NCBI GenBank assembly: GCA_965205655.1
Contig: CBDBIJ010000015.1
Coordinates: 1-64,000, forward strand
Direction: 5' to 3'
Length of the DNA: 64,000 bases
DNA from: Candidatus Latescibacterota bacterium
Lineage (GTDB): Bacteria > Latescibacterota > UBA2968 > UBA8231
The notes under the pieces were generated by a model. The model ran no database searches. It had not been told where the DNA came from and saw only the letters and a list, made by a program, of their open reading frames with translations. This document shows positions 51,349 through 62,024 of the stretch, in pieces; the stretch's first letter is position 1, and each line of letters starts with the position of its first letter. The position numbers and the translations under genes were made by a program.

Positions 51349-54300
51349 ATGGCGCAGCATCTCCCGTCCCCGTTCCGCCAGCCACAACGATACGCAACCC
51401 ATCCCGCCGTACCAAAATTGATCAGCCGTCGTTTCATCAGGGCCCAGGCGCTGCTGCTGCTCTCCGCAGCGATCGCTTCTGGAGCGAGCCCGATCGCTCA
51501 CGAGACCTCGTCTGATGGACTCGTTCTCGACCTGAAGCTACCTCCCTACGAGGTCGAGACGACACTCGGCGCCAACGCGAGCTTCCACGAGATTCTCCCG
51601 CCCGCGGGCTTTGGTCGCTTGGCCGATTCCGGTCGGCCCGCGCTCCCATTTGTCGCCGCTCCTATTGCCGTTCCCGAAGGTGCCTCCATAGACGTCGAGG
51701 TACTGGACAGCCACGTAGTAGAATTGGCTGACGTCCATCTACGAGCGCTTCAGGCGCCAGATGCCGGCGAAGGGGCGAGCGCTCCCGATTACTCCTCCGG
51801 CTTCTACCCCGGAGAAGTGATTCAGGTCGAGGAGATGGGTATCCTCAGGGGAGTTCGAGCTGTCTCTGTGCGGCTGTACCCTTTCCATTACGATGCACCC
51901 GCGCGGCAACTGAAAGTGTACGAATGGCTGCGAATTGCCGTTCGGTTTCGCGGTGGATCTACAGCGAAGGCCGCCGCCGGCCGCCTCGAGGAAAGCCCCG
52001 AGGCAGCTCTCTACGCGTCGTTTTTGAACGCTTCCAGCGCTGCCGCCCTCGCCGCGCTGCAGCCGACAGCGGCGAACAAGCCGCTCGTCACCAAAGAGGG
52101 CTGGTATGACCCGTCGGCGCCGTGGTTGAAGGTCGACGTCGTCGCGGACGGCCTGTTTCGCATCGACGCCGAGTGGCTGCGGCAGCGCGAAGTCGACGTA
52201 GAGTCAATCGATCCGCGTACCTTTCGCTTGCTCGGTCGCGGTGACGAGCAACCGTTGTTCGTCGACGGCGAAGCGGACGGACGCTTTGATGAGATCGACT
52301 TTCTGCTGTTCTACGGCCGCTACCGGCGCGCCGAAAGCGAACCCGGCGTGGAGAAGGACCATGACAGCATCTACGGGAACAGGAACACCTACTGGCTGAC
52401 GTGGGGAGACCGGAGTGGGCTTCGATTCGCGGAGAAGTCAGCGGCCCCGGTCAACGGCTATCCAGAGTCTGAGTGGTACTGGACTACCGCCCATTTCGAA
52501 CGAGACGTCTGGTATCAGCAGTTCCCCGATGCGCCGGACAACGACCGGGATCACTGGTTCTGGAAACGGGACCCCATTACCGGACAAGCCGTCGACAGCC
52601 CCGGATCGGCCACGTTCCCCGACGATCTCGCCTCACCCTATCTCGAAGAAGACTACACCGCCGGGTTGAGGGTCGCTCTCCACGGCTTGACTCCCGGTCA
52701 CCACACGGTATTGAAGCTCAATGACCGTGAGGTGGAAGAGCGCGAGTGGGTAGGCCAGGACGAGATCGTATTCTCAAATGAAATCCCCTCTTCCTATCTC
52801 ATCGAGGGCACCAACCGCGTTCTCGTTCAGGCCTTTGCGAATGATTCGACAGGGGCCGACCTCTCTTATTTCAACTGGTTCGAAATCGATTATCGGCGCC
52901 GTTATGACTCCTGGAACGGATTCCTCGCCTGGACCGAGCTCGCGAGTGAGGGGGGGCGGCGCATCGCCGTGTCCAATCTCATTCACCCCGACGCCTGGCT
53001 CTTCGATGTGGACAACCACCTGCGACTGACCGGCCTGCAGATCGACAGCCTCATGGTCGACGACGACGAATTCCCGATACGCTACGTCGCGACTTTTGAA
53101 GACGAATCGGATGGGCCGTCCAACTACGTTATCGCCGATAGCGCCAACGTACACACGCCAACGGGAGCCCTTGACGTGCCTTCCACGTTGCGGACCTCGT
53201 CGCGGCGTGCCGACTACCTCATCATCTCGCATCCCCGCTTCGTCGGCGCCGCACACCGGCTCGCCGAGCATCGACGCACCTACTCGGGCCTCCAGGTGGA
53301 GACAGTGACGACTGAGGACATCTACGATGAGTTCTCCGACGGTTTGATCGAACGAGAGGCGATCGCCGATTTCATCGACTACGCCTATCACAGTTGGGAG
53401 CGGAGGCCCGTTTACGTTCTGCTGATGGGTGACGCCACCTACGATTACCGCAATATCATCGGCGGTGGCAACCCGAGTTTTGTGCCGACGCTGTACTACC
53501 ATGCCCGACAACGCGGCAACTCTCCGAGTGACTTCCTCTACACGCTCGTCGATGGCGACGACTTGCTGCCGGACCTGTCTATCGGACGACTGGCAGTGGA
53601 GTCAGATCTCGAGGCCGAGCAGGTTGTGGACAAAATCATTCGCTACGACACCTCGCCTGCGCCCGGCGACTGGCGCTCTCGCGTGATATATCTGGCGAAC
53701 TTCCACGAAAAGGGCTTGTTCGCGGCGTCGAATGACGATTTGGCTACGCGCTTTACCGAACCGTTCGGCCTTTCGTCGACGAAGATCTACAGCCCCGACG
53801 AAAGCCCGGTCCCCAACCAAACCGGCAAGCGCTTCCTCGATGCCCTCAACCACGGAGCACTCTTCGTCAACTTTGCCGGTCACGGTAGCGCCGGGAACAT
53901 GCAGTTCATCTTCGCCCTTCAATTCCCGGACTGGGACTATCTCGGGCACGTCCGCAACGAGGGCAGGCTGCCGTTTGTGCTGGCCCTGTCCTGCCTCAAC
54001 GGCATGTTCGTCAACCCCATCGTAGACGGGCTCGGCGAGGTGTTCACAGTGAAGGCGGATGGCGGCTCGATCGCCTATGTCTCCGCCAGCGCCAAGAGCT
54101 TCGTCGCCCAGAATGAGCTCCTGAGCGGGCATTTTTACGACCAGCTCTTTGTCAGCGGCAACCTGTCCTTCGGCCCGACGCTAAACACATCCAAGGTCCT
54201 CGTGCTTGCGGAGCACCCGTCTTTCGTCACCTCCGCTCGCACGATGCAACTCTTCGGCGACCCCGCCCAGAAACTGGCGCTGCCAGGGAGCCCCGATTAC

Positions 54301-57123
54301 GAGCCAGTCACGTTGCAGACGCCTGCCCAGGTGCTCGGCCAGTCGACGATCGGGCTCGCTGCGATCGTGCGCAATAACGGCCGAATTACCTCTGACAGTG
54401 TCTCCGTCGTCCTCATCGGGCGCGCTTCGGACGGAGGGACTGACACGCTCCTGTACGAGACTCGGCCCTCGTTCGCCGGCACCGACACCATCTCCTTCGA
54501 CTGGTCGGTAGATGACCGGCGGGGCGCCTACGCCCTCGACCTCATGCTCGATCCGGATGATCGGATCTCGGAGCTGGACGAGGCGAACAATCTGGCCATT
54601 CTCAGCCTCGAGATTCTCGAGCCGGTAGTCGCAGAGCCAATCTTCCCACCGCCACATTCAGCCTTGTCCGCCTGCGAGCTTTCGCTGGAGGCGGTCGTGC
54701 CGTTCGATAGAGGGGAATCGCAGCCGCGGGGCGGGTGCGAGTTCGAACTGTCTTCGGCTGCCGACTTCGCATCGCAGGTCACCGTCAACTCGACGGTCTC
54801 GGCTGTTGACGGCCGCTGCGTCTTCGTCCCTACACAGCTTCCGATCGTCGACGCGTTGGTGGAGCAGGATGGCGAGGTGTACTTCTGGCGCTCCCGCTCT
54901 GTTGACGGCCTGACGACTGGACTGTGGAGTGAGAGCCGCAGTTTTCGCATCGAGGAGGCGGGCGCCATTCCCGAAGACATCATGAAATGGAAACAGGCTG
55001 GCTCACAGCTCGGGACTGGAGCGCTCGAACATCTCGTGCTCGACGAGGCAGGTCGGCTGCGCCTCACCTCGGCGACACTACCCATGCGTCCCTCCGGTCA
55101 AACACGCGAAGACGGCTTTACGGTGAGAGACCTGGAGGGAGCCGGTGTCCTGTGCACCGACGGGACCTACCTCTACGCAAAGCGATGGTACAACGACGCG
55201 TCCACCATCTACCCAGGAACGGACTTTTTCGCTCGCATAGGAACCGGCTTCAACGGCACCCGCCGGGATCTGTTGTATGATACTCTGGCCGACTCGACAA
55301 CGGCGGGAATCTCAGCCACCTATCACAGCGATGGATACATCTACAACGAGAGCGGCAAGGCCTACGAGCTCGAGCGCATCTCGCCCCAAACGGGCGTCCT
55401 GGACACCGTCGAGGTGCCCGATGGGCTCCTCGAGTGGAAGTACGGCCGCGTCGAGGACGGCCACTCACTCATTACCTCGGACGGTCGCCTCATCTACAAC
55501 GTCTCCATGAGCTCTTCGGCCGGCACTCGCAACGGCTGGGACGTACGGGTCTTCGATCCGGCCGACAGCTGGCGCCTGTTGCGATCATTCAGCTCACCTC
55601 CGACGGAGACGGGATTCACCTTCGAATGGACGGACGGCGTCGTCGCCGATGGAGAGCGGCTCTACTTCATCGAGTTCAAGGGCGAACGCCGAATTCGCAT
55701 GGTGGATGCTGCGAACGGCGCCTTCCTCGACGAATGGCGCAGCGACCAGGACACGACCCGCATCGTTTCCGGTCAGTACGACTGGATCAACAACAAACTC
55801 TGGTTGGGCGACTTGCTTGGCTCGGCCATCTTCCGCTATAGCGGCATAACGCACCTCGACTCCGGCCGTGTCACGTCTGAGGCAATCGGTCCGGCTCGCT
55901 CGTGGCACAGCATGGAGATCGAAATGGCGGCCGGGGTCGAGGAGATTCACGTCAACGTTCAGACCGAGGGTCACGATGGAGTCTGGACGCCCCTCGAAGG
56001 CTTCTCCGAGGTCACGCCGAACCGGAGAGTTGACTTGAGCGCCATCGACGCGGCGCGCTACCCCCGCATCAGACTGAGCGCACAGCTCAGGGTCCGGGGG
56101 GGCTCTCGGCGCGATGACGCCCGCGGTGTTGGCGAGGGCGACGTCGGTGACGAGGGCGTTACGATCGATTCGTGGGAGGTCGAATTCGAGGCCAGACCAT
56201 CGGTGGAAATCGCCGTCGCCCGGGCCGACGTGGACTCCTCCTTGCGGCCGGCGACGGGCGCCCTTGTGGTGGAGGTCTCAGTGCGCAACCGATCTGCAGT
56301 CCGGGCTGAGGACACTCGCCTCCACATCGAGCGGCTCGACCGCCGGGGCGGGTTCGAATCCATCCGCGTGCATGCGCTCGGCTCCCTGGAGCGGGGGGAA
56401 ACCCGCCTTGTCGTCGTCGATAGTCTGTCGCTGCCATCGATAGGTGAGCGGCTGTTCGCAAGCGCCACTGCCTCTCCCCTCGACGACCTGGCCTTGGCTG
56501 CCCGCATTGAGATTCCACTGCCGATCGCCGCTGGCAAACTCATCGAATTCTCTGTGTGGCCGGACGGACACCGGCTTATAGACGGGGATCCGCTGCGGCC
56601 CGATCAGGCGATCCTCGTCAGCGTCCCGCCGGTAGAAGAATCACGGCTTGCCATCGCCGTCGATGGCTTGCCGCTTGCTTCGGATTCACTCCTTGCGGCC
56701 GCTGCGGATACGGGCCTTCGCGCCCTCCTGCGGCCGGCTCTGTCGACCGGTCGTCACCGGTTGCAGGTGCGACTCTTCAGTGGTCTCGACGAGGTCGGCA
56801 GCGCTTCGATCGATCTGACTGTCACGGCCGATCTCGCGATAGCCAATGCGCTCGTCTACCCCCACCCCGTCGTCGACGAAACCGCATTCACCTATGTCTT
56901 GTCTCACGATGCCGAAGTGACAGTGGGGATTTTCAGCGTCTCGGGCAGGTTGATTCGACGACTTGGACCGGCGCCGCAACTGGCGGGGTTTCGCCAGACG
57001 CGATGGGACGGACGTGATGAATCCGGCAGGCCACTCGCAAACGGCACCTACCTCTACCGCATCGCGGCGCGCACCGGCGATCGCGCGGCCGAGCGCCGCC
57101 GACCCTTGTCAGTCCTGCGCTGA
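51349..57123 (+). CDS. large C25 (gingipain/PorU-like) cysteine peptidase with propeptide, CARDB-like, probable beta-propeller and FlgD-Ig C-terminal domains
   Basis: GRPALP propeptide, YLII, IYDEFSDG, YVLLMGD, IGRL, catalytic FAGHG and LSCLNG, ISELDEANN, YPHP...WDGRDESGRPLANGTYLYRI. Confidence 0.88.
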   Translation: MAQHLPSPFRQPQRYATHPAVPKLISRRFIRAQALLLLSAAIASGASPIAHETSSDGLVLDLKLPPYEVETTLGANASFHEILPPAGFGRLADSGRPALPFVAAPIAVPEGASIDVEVLDSHVVELADVHLRALQAPDAGEGASAPDYSSGFYPGEVIQVEEMGILRGVRAVSVRLYPFHYDAPARQLKVYEWLRIAVRFRGGSTAKAAAGRLEESPEAALYASFLNASSAAALAALQPTAANKPLVTKEGWYDPSAPWLKVDVVADGLFRIDAEWLRQREVDVESIDPRTFRLLGRGDEQPLFVDGEADGRFDEIDFLLFYGRYRRAESEPGVEKDHDSIYGNRNTYWLTWGDRSGLRFAEKSAAPVNGYPESEWYWTTAHFERDVWYQQFPDAPDNDRDHWFWKRDPITGQAVDSPGSATFPDDLASPYLEEDYTAGLRVALHGLTPGHHTVLKLNDREVEEREWVGQDEIVFSNEIPSSYLIEGTNRVLVQAFANDSTGADLSYFNWFEIDYRRRYDSWNGFLAWTELASEGGRRIAVSNLIHPDAWLFDVDNHLRLTGLQIDSLMVDDDEFPIRYVATFEDESDGPSNYVIADSANVHTPTGALDVPSTLRTSSRRADYLIISHPRFVGAAHRLAEHRRTYSGLQVETVTTEDIYDEFSDGLIEREAIADFIDYAYHSWERRPVYVLLMGDATYDYRNIIGGGNPSFVPTLYYHARQRGNSPSDFLYTLVDGDDLLPDLSIGRLAVESDLEAEQVVDKIIRYDTSPAPGDWRSRVIYLANFHEKGLFAASNDDLATRFTEPFGLSSTKIYSPDESPVPNQTGKRFLDALNHGALFVNFAGHGSAGNMQFIFALQFPDWDYLGHVRNEGRLPFVLALSCLNGMFVNPIVDGLGEVFTVKADGGSIAYVSASAKSFVAQNELLSGHFYDQLFVSGNLSFGPTLNTSKVLVLAEHPSFVTSARTMQLFGDPAQKLALPGSPDYEPVTLQTPAQVLGQSTIGLAAIVRNNGRITSDSVSVVLIGRASDGGTDTLLYETRPSFAGTDTISFDWSVDDRRGAYALDLMLDPDDRISELDEANNLAILSLEILEPVVAEPIFPPPHSALSACELSLEAVVPFDRGESQPRGGCEFELSSAADFASQVTVNSTVSAVDGRCVFVPTQLPIVDALVEQDGEVYFWRSRSVDGLTTGLWSESRSFRIEEAGAIPEDIMKWKQAGSQLGTGALEHLVLDEAGRLRLTSATLPMRPSGQTREDGFTVRDLEGAGVLCTDGTYLYAKRWYNDASTIYPGTDFFARIGTGFNGTRRDLLYDTLADSTTAGISATYHSDGYIYNESGKAYELERISPQTGVLDTVEVPDGLLEWKYGRVEDGHSLITSDGRLIYNVSMSSSAGTRNGWDVRVFDPADSWRLLRSFSSPPTETGFTFEWTDGVVADGERLYFIEFKGERRIRMVDAANGAFLDEWRSDQDTTRIVSGQYDWINNKLWLGDLLGSAIFRYSGITHLDSGRVTSEAIGPARSWHSMEIEMAAGVEEIHVNVQTEGHDGVWTPLEGFSEVTPNRRVDLSAIDAARYPRIRLSAQLRVRGGSRRDDARGVGEGDVGDEGVTIDSWEVEFEARPSVEIAVARADVDSSLRPATGALVVEVSVRNRSAVRAEDTRLHIERLDRRGGFESIRVHALGSLERGETRLVVVDSLSLPSIGERLFASATASPLDDLALAARIEIPLPIAAGKLIEFSVWPDGHRLIDGDPLRPDQAILVSVPPVEESRLAIAVDGLPLASDSLLAAAADTGLRALLRPALSTGRHRLQVRLFSGLDEVGSASIDLTVTADLAIANALVYPHPVVDETAFTYVLSHDAEVTVGIFSVSGRLIRRLGPAPQLAGFRQTRWDGRDESGRPLANGTYLYRIAARTGDRAAERRRPLSVLR

Positions 57124-57124
57124 C

Positions 57125-57427
57125 CTATTCGGCCCGTTGCCGGATCTCTTCGATTTTCGCGTCCCGTTCCGCGAAAATCCCTTCTCGCACCTGGTTTATC
57201 TCGTCCTGAAACTGGCGTCTGTGCTCGGCGAATGTCTGCGGATCAGTTTCGCTCTCCACCTTTCTAATGCGCTCCTTCAGCGCGATCTCCTGCTCCGCCC
57301 ACTTCGCCTCGTACTGCTTCTTGACTTCGCCGATGGAGGCGACTTGCTCCGGCGTGAGCTTCACCTGTTCGTCCTTGTCCACCATGGAGTCGGCCTTTTC
57401 CATGGCCAGTTCGAGTGCCGATTTCAT
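57125..57427 (-). CDS. hypothetical coiled-coil protein
   Basis: MKSALELAMEK N-terminus and a charged helical sequence. Confidence 0.75.
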   Translation of the reverse strand: MKSALELAMEKADSMVDKDEQVKLTPEQVASIGEVKKQYEAKWAEQEIALKERIRKVESETDPQTFAEHRRQFQDEINQVREGIFAERDAKIEEIRQRAE

Positions 57428-57569
57428 ATCTCTTCTCGTTCACCCCTGACTGCGAAGCCCGTCGACGAAGTCCTGGCAGTGTCGTTTCGACTTGAGAACA
57501 TACGAGTCCCACCCTTGATTCTCAACGTCATCGAGCCCGCCCAACAGACTCGGAAGGGAGTTGCCATTT

Positions 57570-58019
57570 ATGAAGAAATTATGGAAGGTCTATCTCTCAG
57601 GAGAGATCCACAGCGGTTGGCGGCAAGATGTCATCAATGCCGCCGAGCGCGGCCAGCTCCCAATCGAGTTCTCCGGTCCCGTCACCGACCACGGCGCCAG
57701 CGATGAGTGTGGCGTGCGCATTCTTGGCTCGGAGGAGAAGCCATTCTGGAGAGATCACAAAGGGGCCAAGCTCAACGCCATCCGCACCCGCGCCCTGATT
57801 CGCGAAGCCGACGTAATCGTGGTCCGTTTTGGCGAGCAGTACCGTCAATGGAACGCCGCTTTCGACGCTGGCTTCGCAGTCGCACTTGGCAAGCCGCTCA
57901 TCACCCTTCACGATTCGGCCTTGACCCACGCGCTCAAAGAAGTGGACGGCGCGGCTCTCGCAGTGGCTGAAGAGCCGGGCCAGGTGGCCGAAATCCTCGC
58001 CTATGTGACAGAAGGCTGA
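57570..58019 (+). CDS. YtoQ family protein (nucleoside deoxyribosyltransferase-like fold)
   Basis: VYLSGEIHSGWR, RFGEQYRQWNAAFDAG, HALKEVD. Confidence 0.9.
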   Translation: MKKLWKVYLSGEIHSGWRQDVINAAERGQLPIEFSGPVTDHGASDECGVRILGSEEKPFWRDHKGAKLNAIRTRALIREADVIVVRFGEQYRQWNAAFDAGFAVALGKPLITLHDSALTHALKEVDGAALAVAEEPGQVAEILAYVTEG

Positions 58020-58065
58020 GCTACGAGCTGTCGACTCCCATCACTGACTGGACACCATTTTTGAG

Positions 58066-58704
58066 TCAGAGCGGGTTCGCCAGTCCCTTGAGATGCAGAC
58101 CCCAGCTCATATTCAGTGAGATGAATTCGCGACCAATCGACATGCGCGCGCCGTTCGCTCGCTGGGAGCGCGATGCGAAGAAGACGCCGATGGTACCGTA
58201 CGGCGTCCGGGGGTGATTGAGACGGATGCCCATTCCCGTGAACAATCTTGCAGGCCTGCCGACCACGATGATTTTGTCCGCTGGTATGAAACTGATGTCC
58301 GCCGACAGTGACCTGATCACGTCGGTGCCGCCGCTGCAGCTGAAATCGCTGACGCGAAACCCGCTCTCAGTATCGTAGCACCCGCGGAACGATCGCTGGT
58401 AGCGCGAATCCCTGTTCGATCCTTCGAAGAGCCCGAGGTCGAGCAGGGCAACCGAGCTGATCACGTGATACTCGCTCAGCAACACCGTCAAACCGAGTGG
58501 AATGCGCAGTCCCGTTCCCCTCTCGATGTTCACGACACCCAGACCGGCTTCGAGATAGGCCCCGCTGCCGTCAACTTCCTCGAGCAGCGATTGCGCCGCC
58601 GCGCCGTCGACGTCGCAGACGAGCAGAGCGAGTGTCAGCGGGAGCCACCTCAGCAGGGGAGCTGAATCCCCGCCCATTGCCGCCTCGATTGCCCTCATCC
58701 TCAT
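58066..58704 (-). CDS. hypothetical exported (possibly outer-membrane beta-barrel) protein
   Basis: Signal-like PLTLALLVCDVDGAAAQ, then alternating Gly/hydrophobic strands. Start uncertain. Confidence 0.55.
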   Translation of the reverse strand: MRMRAIEAAMGGDSAPLLRWLPLTLALLVCDVDGAAAQSLLEEVDGSGAYLEAGLGVVNIERGTGLRIPLGLTVLLSEYHVISSVALLDLGLFEGSNRDSRYQRSFRGCYDTESGFRVSDFSCSGGTDVIRSLSADISFIPADKIIVVGRPARLFTGMGIRLNHPRTPYGTIGVFFASRSQRANGARMSIGREFISLNMSWGLHLKGLANPL

Positions 58705-58860
58705 ACTCCGACTCGTCAGCTGGATGGTTCGTTCTTTCTTGACATGCCGCATCCAGGCGAAAAACGAAAGGCCTACGCCGACTAGTTTCGACGTAAGCCC
58801 TCGACAAATCACTCTATCCGCCAATCGAGCTACGGCCCGCTCCGCAGACCGCACAGCGCA

Positions 58861-60111
58861 TCAGCCTTCGTCTTCTTCGTCTTGGTTCGCACCAAGTATG
58901 CTGTCGCACTGGCTCTTGATGTCGTCCTTGTTCTTGACGATCTCCTCCACGCTCTTCGACAGGCGCTTGGCGTACGGATCCATCTTCGGTATGAGCGGGT
59001 CCCCTCCGTACCCGATCCCCATGGTGCGAACGGCGATGTCGGCGATGTGAACCATCGCCGCCAGGCGCTTGTGTTGCGACGACTGTCCCGGGTGGTGATG
59101 GGAGGTGATGGCCGTCCTGACCTCTCCGGGCATATTCCAGTGAATGGCCAGCTCGCCGCCGCAGTCCGCGTGCGAGATGCCGAGGATCTCCTGCTCGGCT
59201 TGAAAAAGGGAGATGTTCTCGCTTTCCACGAGTTCCAACACTTTTTCGTAGTGGTCGGCGAAGCGAAACATGAAGACGGCCTTGCCGATGTCGTGTAGGG
59301 TGCCCAGCAGAAAGTGCGTCTTCTTTTTGTCCGACTTGCCGATGACCTCCATCGATATGCCCGTGGCCATTGAGTGCCTCCACAGGCCATCCATCGTCAG
59401 CGCCCCGGTGTTGCCCGATGCCTCCTCGTCGCCGAAGACGTTGTAGATGACGGCGGACTGGACAATCTTGCGAATGGTGGCCACGCCAAGAAAAGCCACG
59501 GCCTGGCTCATCATGTTCCCCTGAAAACCGAAGTATGCCGAGCGACAGGTCTTCATCACCTTCGCGGAGATGGCGGGATCCTGTTCGAGCGTCGAGGAGA
59601 TCTGCCGCATGTCGATCTCCTCGTCGGATTTGCTCAACAGCGTCAGGAGCTTGCTGTGGGCTGCCGGCATCGACGGCAGGTTGCTCAGATTGCGGATCTC
59701 GTCCCTGATATCCTGGTGGGTTGGCTTTTCGGGAACGGCTCCGTTTTCGAGGACAAAGCTTAGCTTCTTCTCGAGTGCGACCAGGGTGAACGGTTTGAGG
59801 AGAAAGTTCTCAAGGCCGATCTCGTGTCCCTCTTTGATGACCGTTCGCGCCTCGTCTTTGTCCGGCGGCAGGCCCAGAACGATGGGAATGGTGTTGTACT
59901 TGTCGTGCAGCCGGAGAATCCGCGCCGTCTTTACGCCCCCCAGAGGAATCTGGTTGTCCATGAGGATGATGTCGGCAACTTGGTTGCGGAGCTCCACAGC
60001 CGCTTCGGCGCCGTGGCGCACGTCGACGGCTTCGAATCCCTTCTCCCTCAACTGGCCGGAGATGAGACCGCCAATTTTCTCGTTGCGCTCGATGACGAGG
60101 AGGCGAGCCAT
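58861..60111 (-). CDS. response regulator with HDOD domain
   Basis: IILMD..GG and LLKPF (REC). LPSMP, QDPAISAKVM, LWRHS, LHDIGK, HADCGG..W (HDOD). Confidence 0.92.
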   Translation of the reverse strand: MARLLVIERNEKIGGLISGQLREKGFEAVDVRHGAEAAVELRNQVADIILMDNQIPLGGVKTARILRLHDKYNTIPIVLGLPPDKDEARTVIKEGHEIGLENFLLKPFTLVALEKKLSFVLENGAVPEKPTHQDIRDEIRNLSNLPSMPAAHSKLLTLLSKSDEEIDMRQISSTLEQDPAISAKVMKTCRSAYFGFQGNMMSQAVAFLGVATIRKIVQSAVIYNVFGDEEASGNTGALTMDGLWRHSMATGISMEVIGKSDKKKTHFLLGTLHDIGKAVFMFRFADHYEKVLELVESENISLFQAEQEILGISHADCGGELAIHWNMPGEVRTAITSHHHPGQSSQHKRLAAMVHIADIAVRTMGIGYGGDPLIPKMDPYAKRLSKSVEEIVKNKDDIKSQCDSILGANQDEEDEG

Positions 60112-60275
60112 AGCCTCTAGAAGGTACGGCGCGCGGGTACAGGATCAAGGTCGACGCCAGGGAACGACGCGCCTTTGTCATGGCTGCCGTGCCCCATTTT
60201 TTCGTTGTATTCGAGGCTGTTTTTCCCAATATTTGGGGCATTCATTCGCGTCTCTTTTTCGGGAGTCACTCACCG

Positions 60276-60488
60276 ATGGCAGAGCGACAGAACGGAACCG
60301 TTAAGTGGTTCAACGTCTCCAAGGGCTTCGGGTTTATCACCAGAGAGGGACAGGACGATGTTTTCGTCCACTATACCTCAATTCGCGGAGAGGGCTATCG
60401 GACCCTGGACGAAGGGCAGCAGGTGGAATTCGAAGTTGCCCAGGGAGATAAGGGTCCACAGGCATCTGACGTCGTACCTCTGGCATGA
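60276..60488 (+). CDS. cspA: cold-shock protein
   Basis: GTVKWFN..KGFGFI, DVFVHY, KGPQA. Paralogue name uncertain. Confidence 0.95.
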   Translation: MAERQNGTVKWFNVSKGFGFITREGQDDVFVHYTSIRGEGYRTLDEGQQVEFEVAQGDKGPQASDVVPLA

Positions 60489-60527
60489 GAGCGATGCTCG
60501 CTTGAATGCATCGGTCTCTTCCAGACC

Positions 60528-60573
60528 AAAAAAGAGACGGCGCACCCCTGAAGGGTGCGCCGTCTCTTTTTTT
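60528..60573. terminator. bidirectional Rho-independent terminator
   Basis: A6-GAGACGGCGCACCC-CTGAA-GGGTGCGCCGTCTC-T7 between the convergent csp and sigma genes. Confidence 0.93.
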
Positions 60574-60586
60574 GTCTTGACTGTCC

Positions 60587-61438
60587 CTATACTTCCTCGG
60601 CCATCGCCTTGAGAAACTGATACCGCGACGGGTGTCGGAGCCGACTCAGGGCCCGTTCCTTGATCTGCCGGACACGCTCGCGAGTGACCCCGATCAAACT
60701 GCCGATCTGCTCGAGGGTCAACGCCTCCTTACCGTCAAGGCCGAAGTAAAGGCGGATAATCCGCTGTTCCCTGTCGTCGAGGCTCTCGAGGACGCTCTCG
60801 AGCTGTTCGCGAGCTGAACCGCGCATGACGTCCGTGTCGGGAGATTTCTGAGACGTGTCCGCCAGGACATTGAGGAGCGAACGCTTGTCGTCATCCTCGA
60901 AGGTTCCGTCCAGGGAGCTGACCGGACGCGCGCTGAGAATGGCGTCGGTCACGACATCGGCGGGAAGGTCCAGCTCCGCGGCGATCTCCCGAACGTCCGG
61001 CTCCTCTTCCCGCCCCTGTCCCAACCGTCGCGACGCCTTCGAGATATCCTTGAGGAGGCTCAGCTTGTTGAGCGGCAACCTCACGGTGCGCACGTGCTCG
61101 GCGATTGTCTGCAGAATCGACTGGCGAATCCACCACACAGCGTAGGAAATGAACTTGTAACCTCGCGTTCCGTCGAAGCGTTCGGCGGCGGTCATCAGGC
61201 CGAGATTCCCGGCGCTGATGAGGTCTGCGAACGAAAGACCTCGGTTCTGGTAGTTCTTTGCGACATCGATGACGAATCTCAGATTCGCCTGCACCAACTC
61301 GTCTCGGGCGTCTCTATCCCCGTCCGAGATACGGGCAGACAACTCAACCTCCTTTTCTCGGGAAAGCGGTTCGGAATGGGCTATGTCGTCGAAATAAGAG
61401 CGCAGGACACTCTCTCTGTCTCCCAGGGTTTCGAGCAT
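60587..61438 (-). CDS. RNA polymerase sigma factor, RpoD/SigA family lacking region 1.1
   Basis: ANLRFV, DLISAGNLGL, KFISYAVWWIRQSI, RTVRLP, TLEQIG..VTRERVRQI. Confidence 0.95.
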   Translation of the reverse strand: MLETLGDRESVLRSYFDDIAHSEPLSREKEVELSARISDGDRDARDELVQANLRFVIDVAKNYQNRGLSFADLISAGNLGLMTAAERFDGTRGYKFISYAVWWIRQSILQTIAEHVRTVRLPLNKLSLLKDISKASRRLGQGREEEPDVREIAAELDLPADVVTDAILSARPVSSLDGTFEDDDKRSLLNVLADTSQKSPDTDVMRGSAREQLESVLESLDDREQRIIRLYFGLDGKEALTLEQIGSLIGVTRERVRQIKERALSRLRHPSRYQFLKAMAEEV

Positions 61439-61536
61439 AACTCTCCCTTTTTCTTGAAGTTAGGGCAAACAATTATAGGGGGCTTCGGGCCATCTCGTTC
61501 ACGCAGAAAGAGGGATCGAAGCGTTGCCGCTACTTT

Positions 61537-61565
61537 ATGATACGGTGTACGGGGGGCAATATCAA
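61537..61565 (-). promoter_or_regulatory. sigma70-type promoter for the sigma factor gene
   Basis: TTGATA (61565-61560), 17-bp spacer, TATCAT (61542-61537). Confidence 0.55.
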
Positions 61566-62024
61566 CTGAAAAATTGAGGGCGACTCAAGACTGCGAGATA
61601 CCGTCAAAACTTGGATATCTTCAATTCAATCAAGTGGTTATCAGCGCTGGTGACAGCGGGCGAAACCCTGGTAGGAGCGCCAACTGATTGATTTTCGTGG
61701 TCGAACGGTTCAGTCGGCGGCGCCCGATCGCCGGGAGGTTAGCGGATCCACGATCGAACCGACGAGGACACTCAAGCCGAGACTCACGGCGAGCACTCCG
61801 ACGGCGAAAAACAGCTTGCCGAAGAATCCGAGGGCGAATAGTGGATCGTACAGCGTGTGTTCGTACATGAATCAAGACTCCCTGTGATCGGTTTCGGACA
61901 CAGCCGCGTTGTCACCGTACATCTCCAATGATATCAATCCCTTAGGCTGAGAAACGAGAGCCAGCTGACCCCTGAGAGCAAAATTGGTGACCGCGCAAGC
62001 GGCGACTTCGGCTGTTCGTTGATG

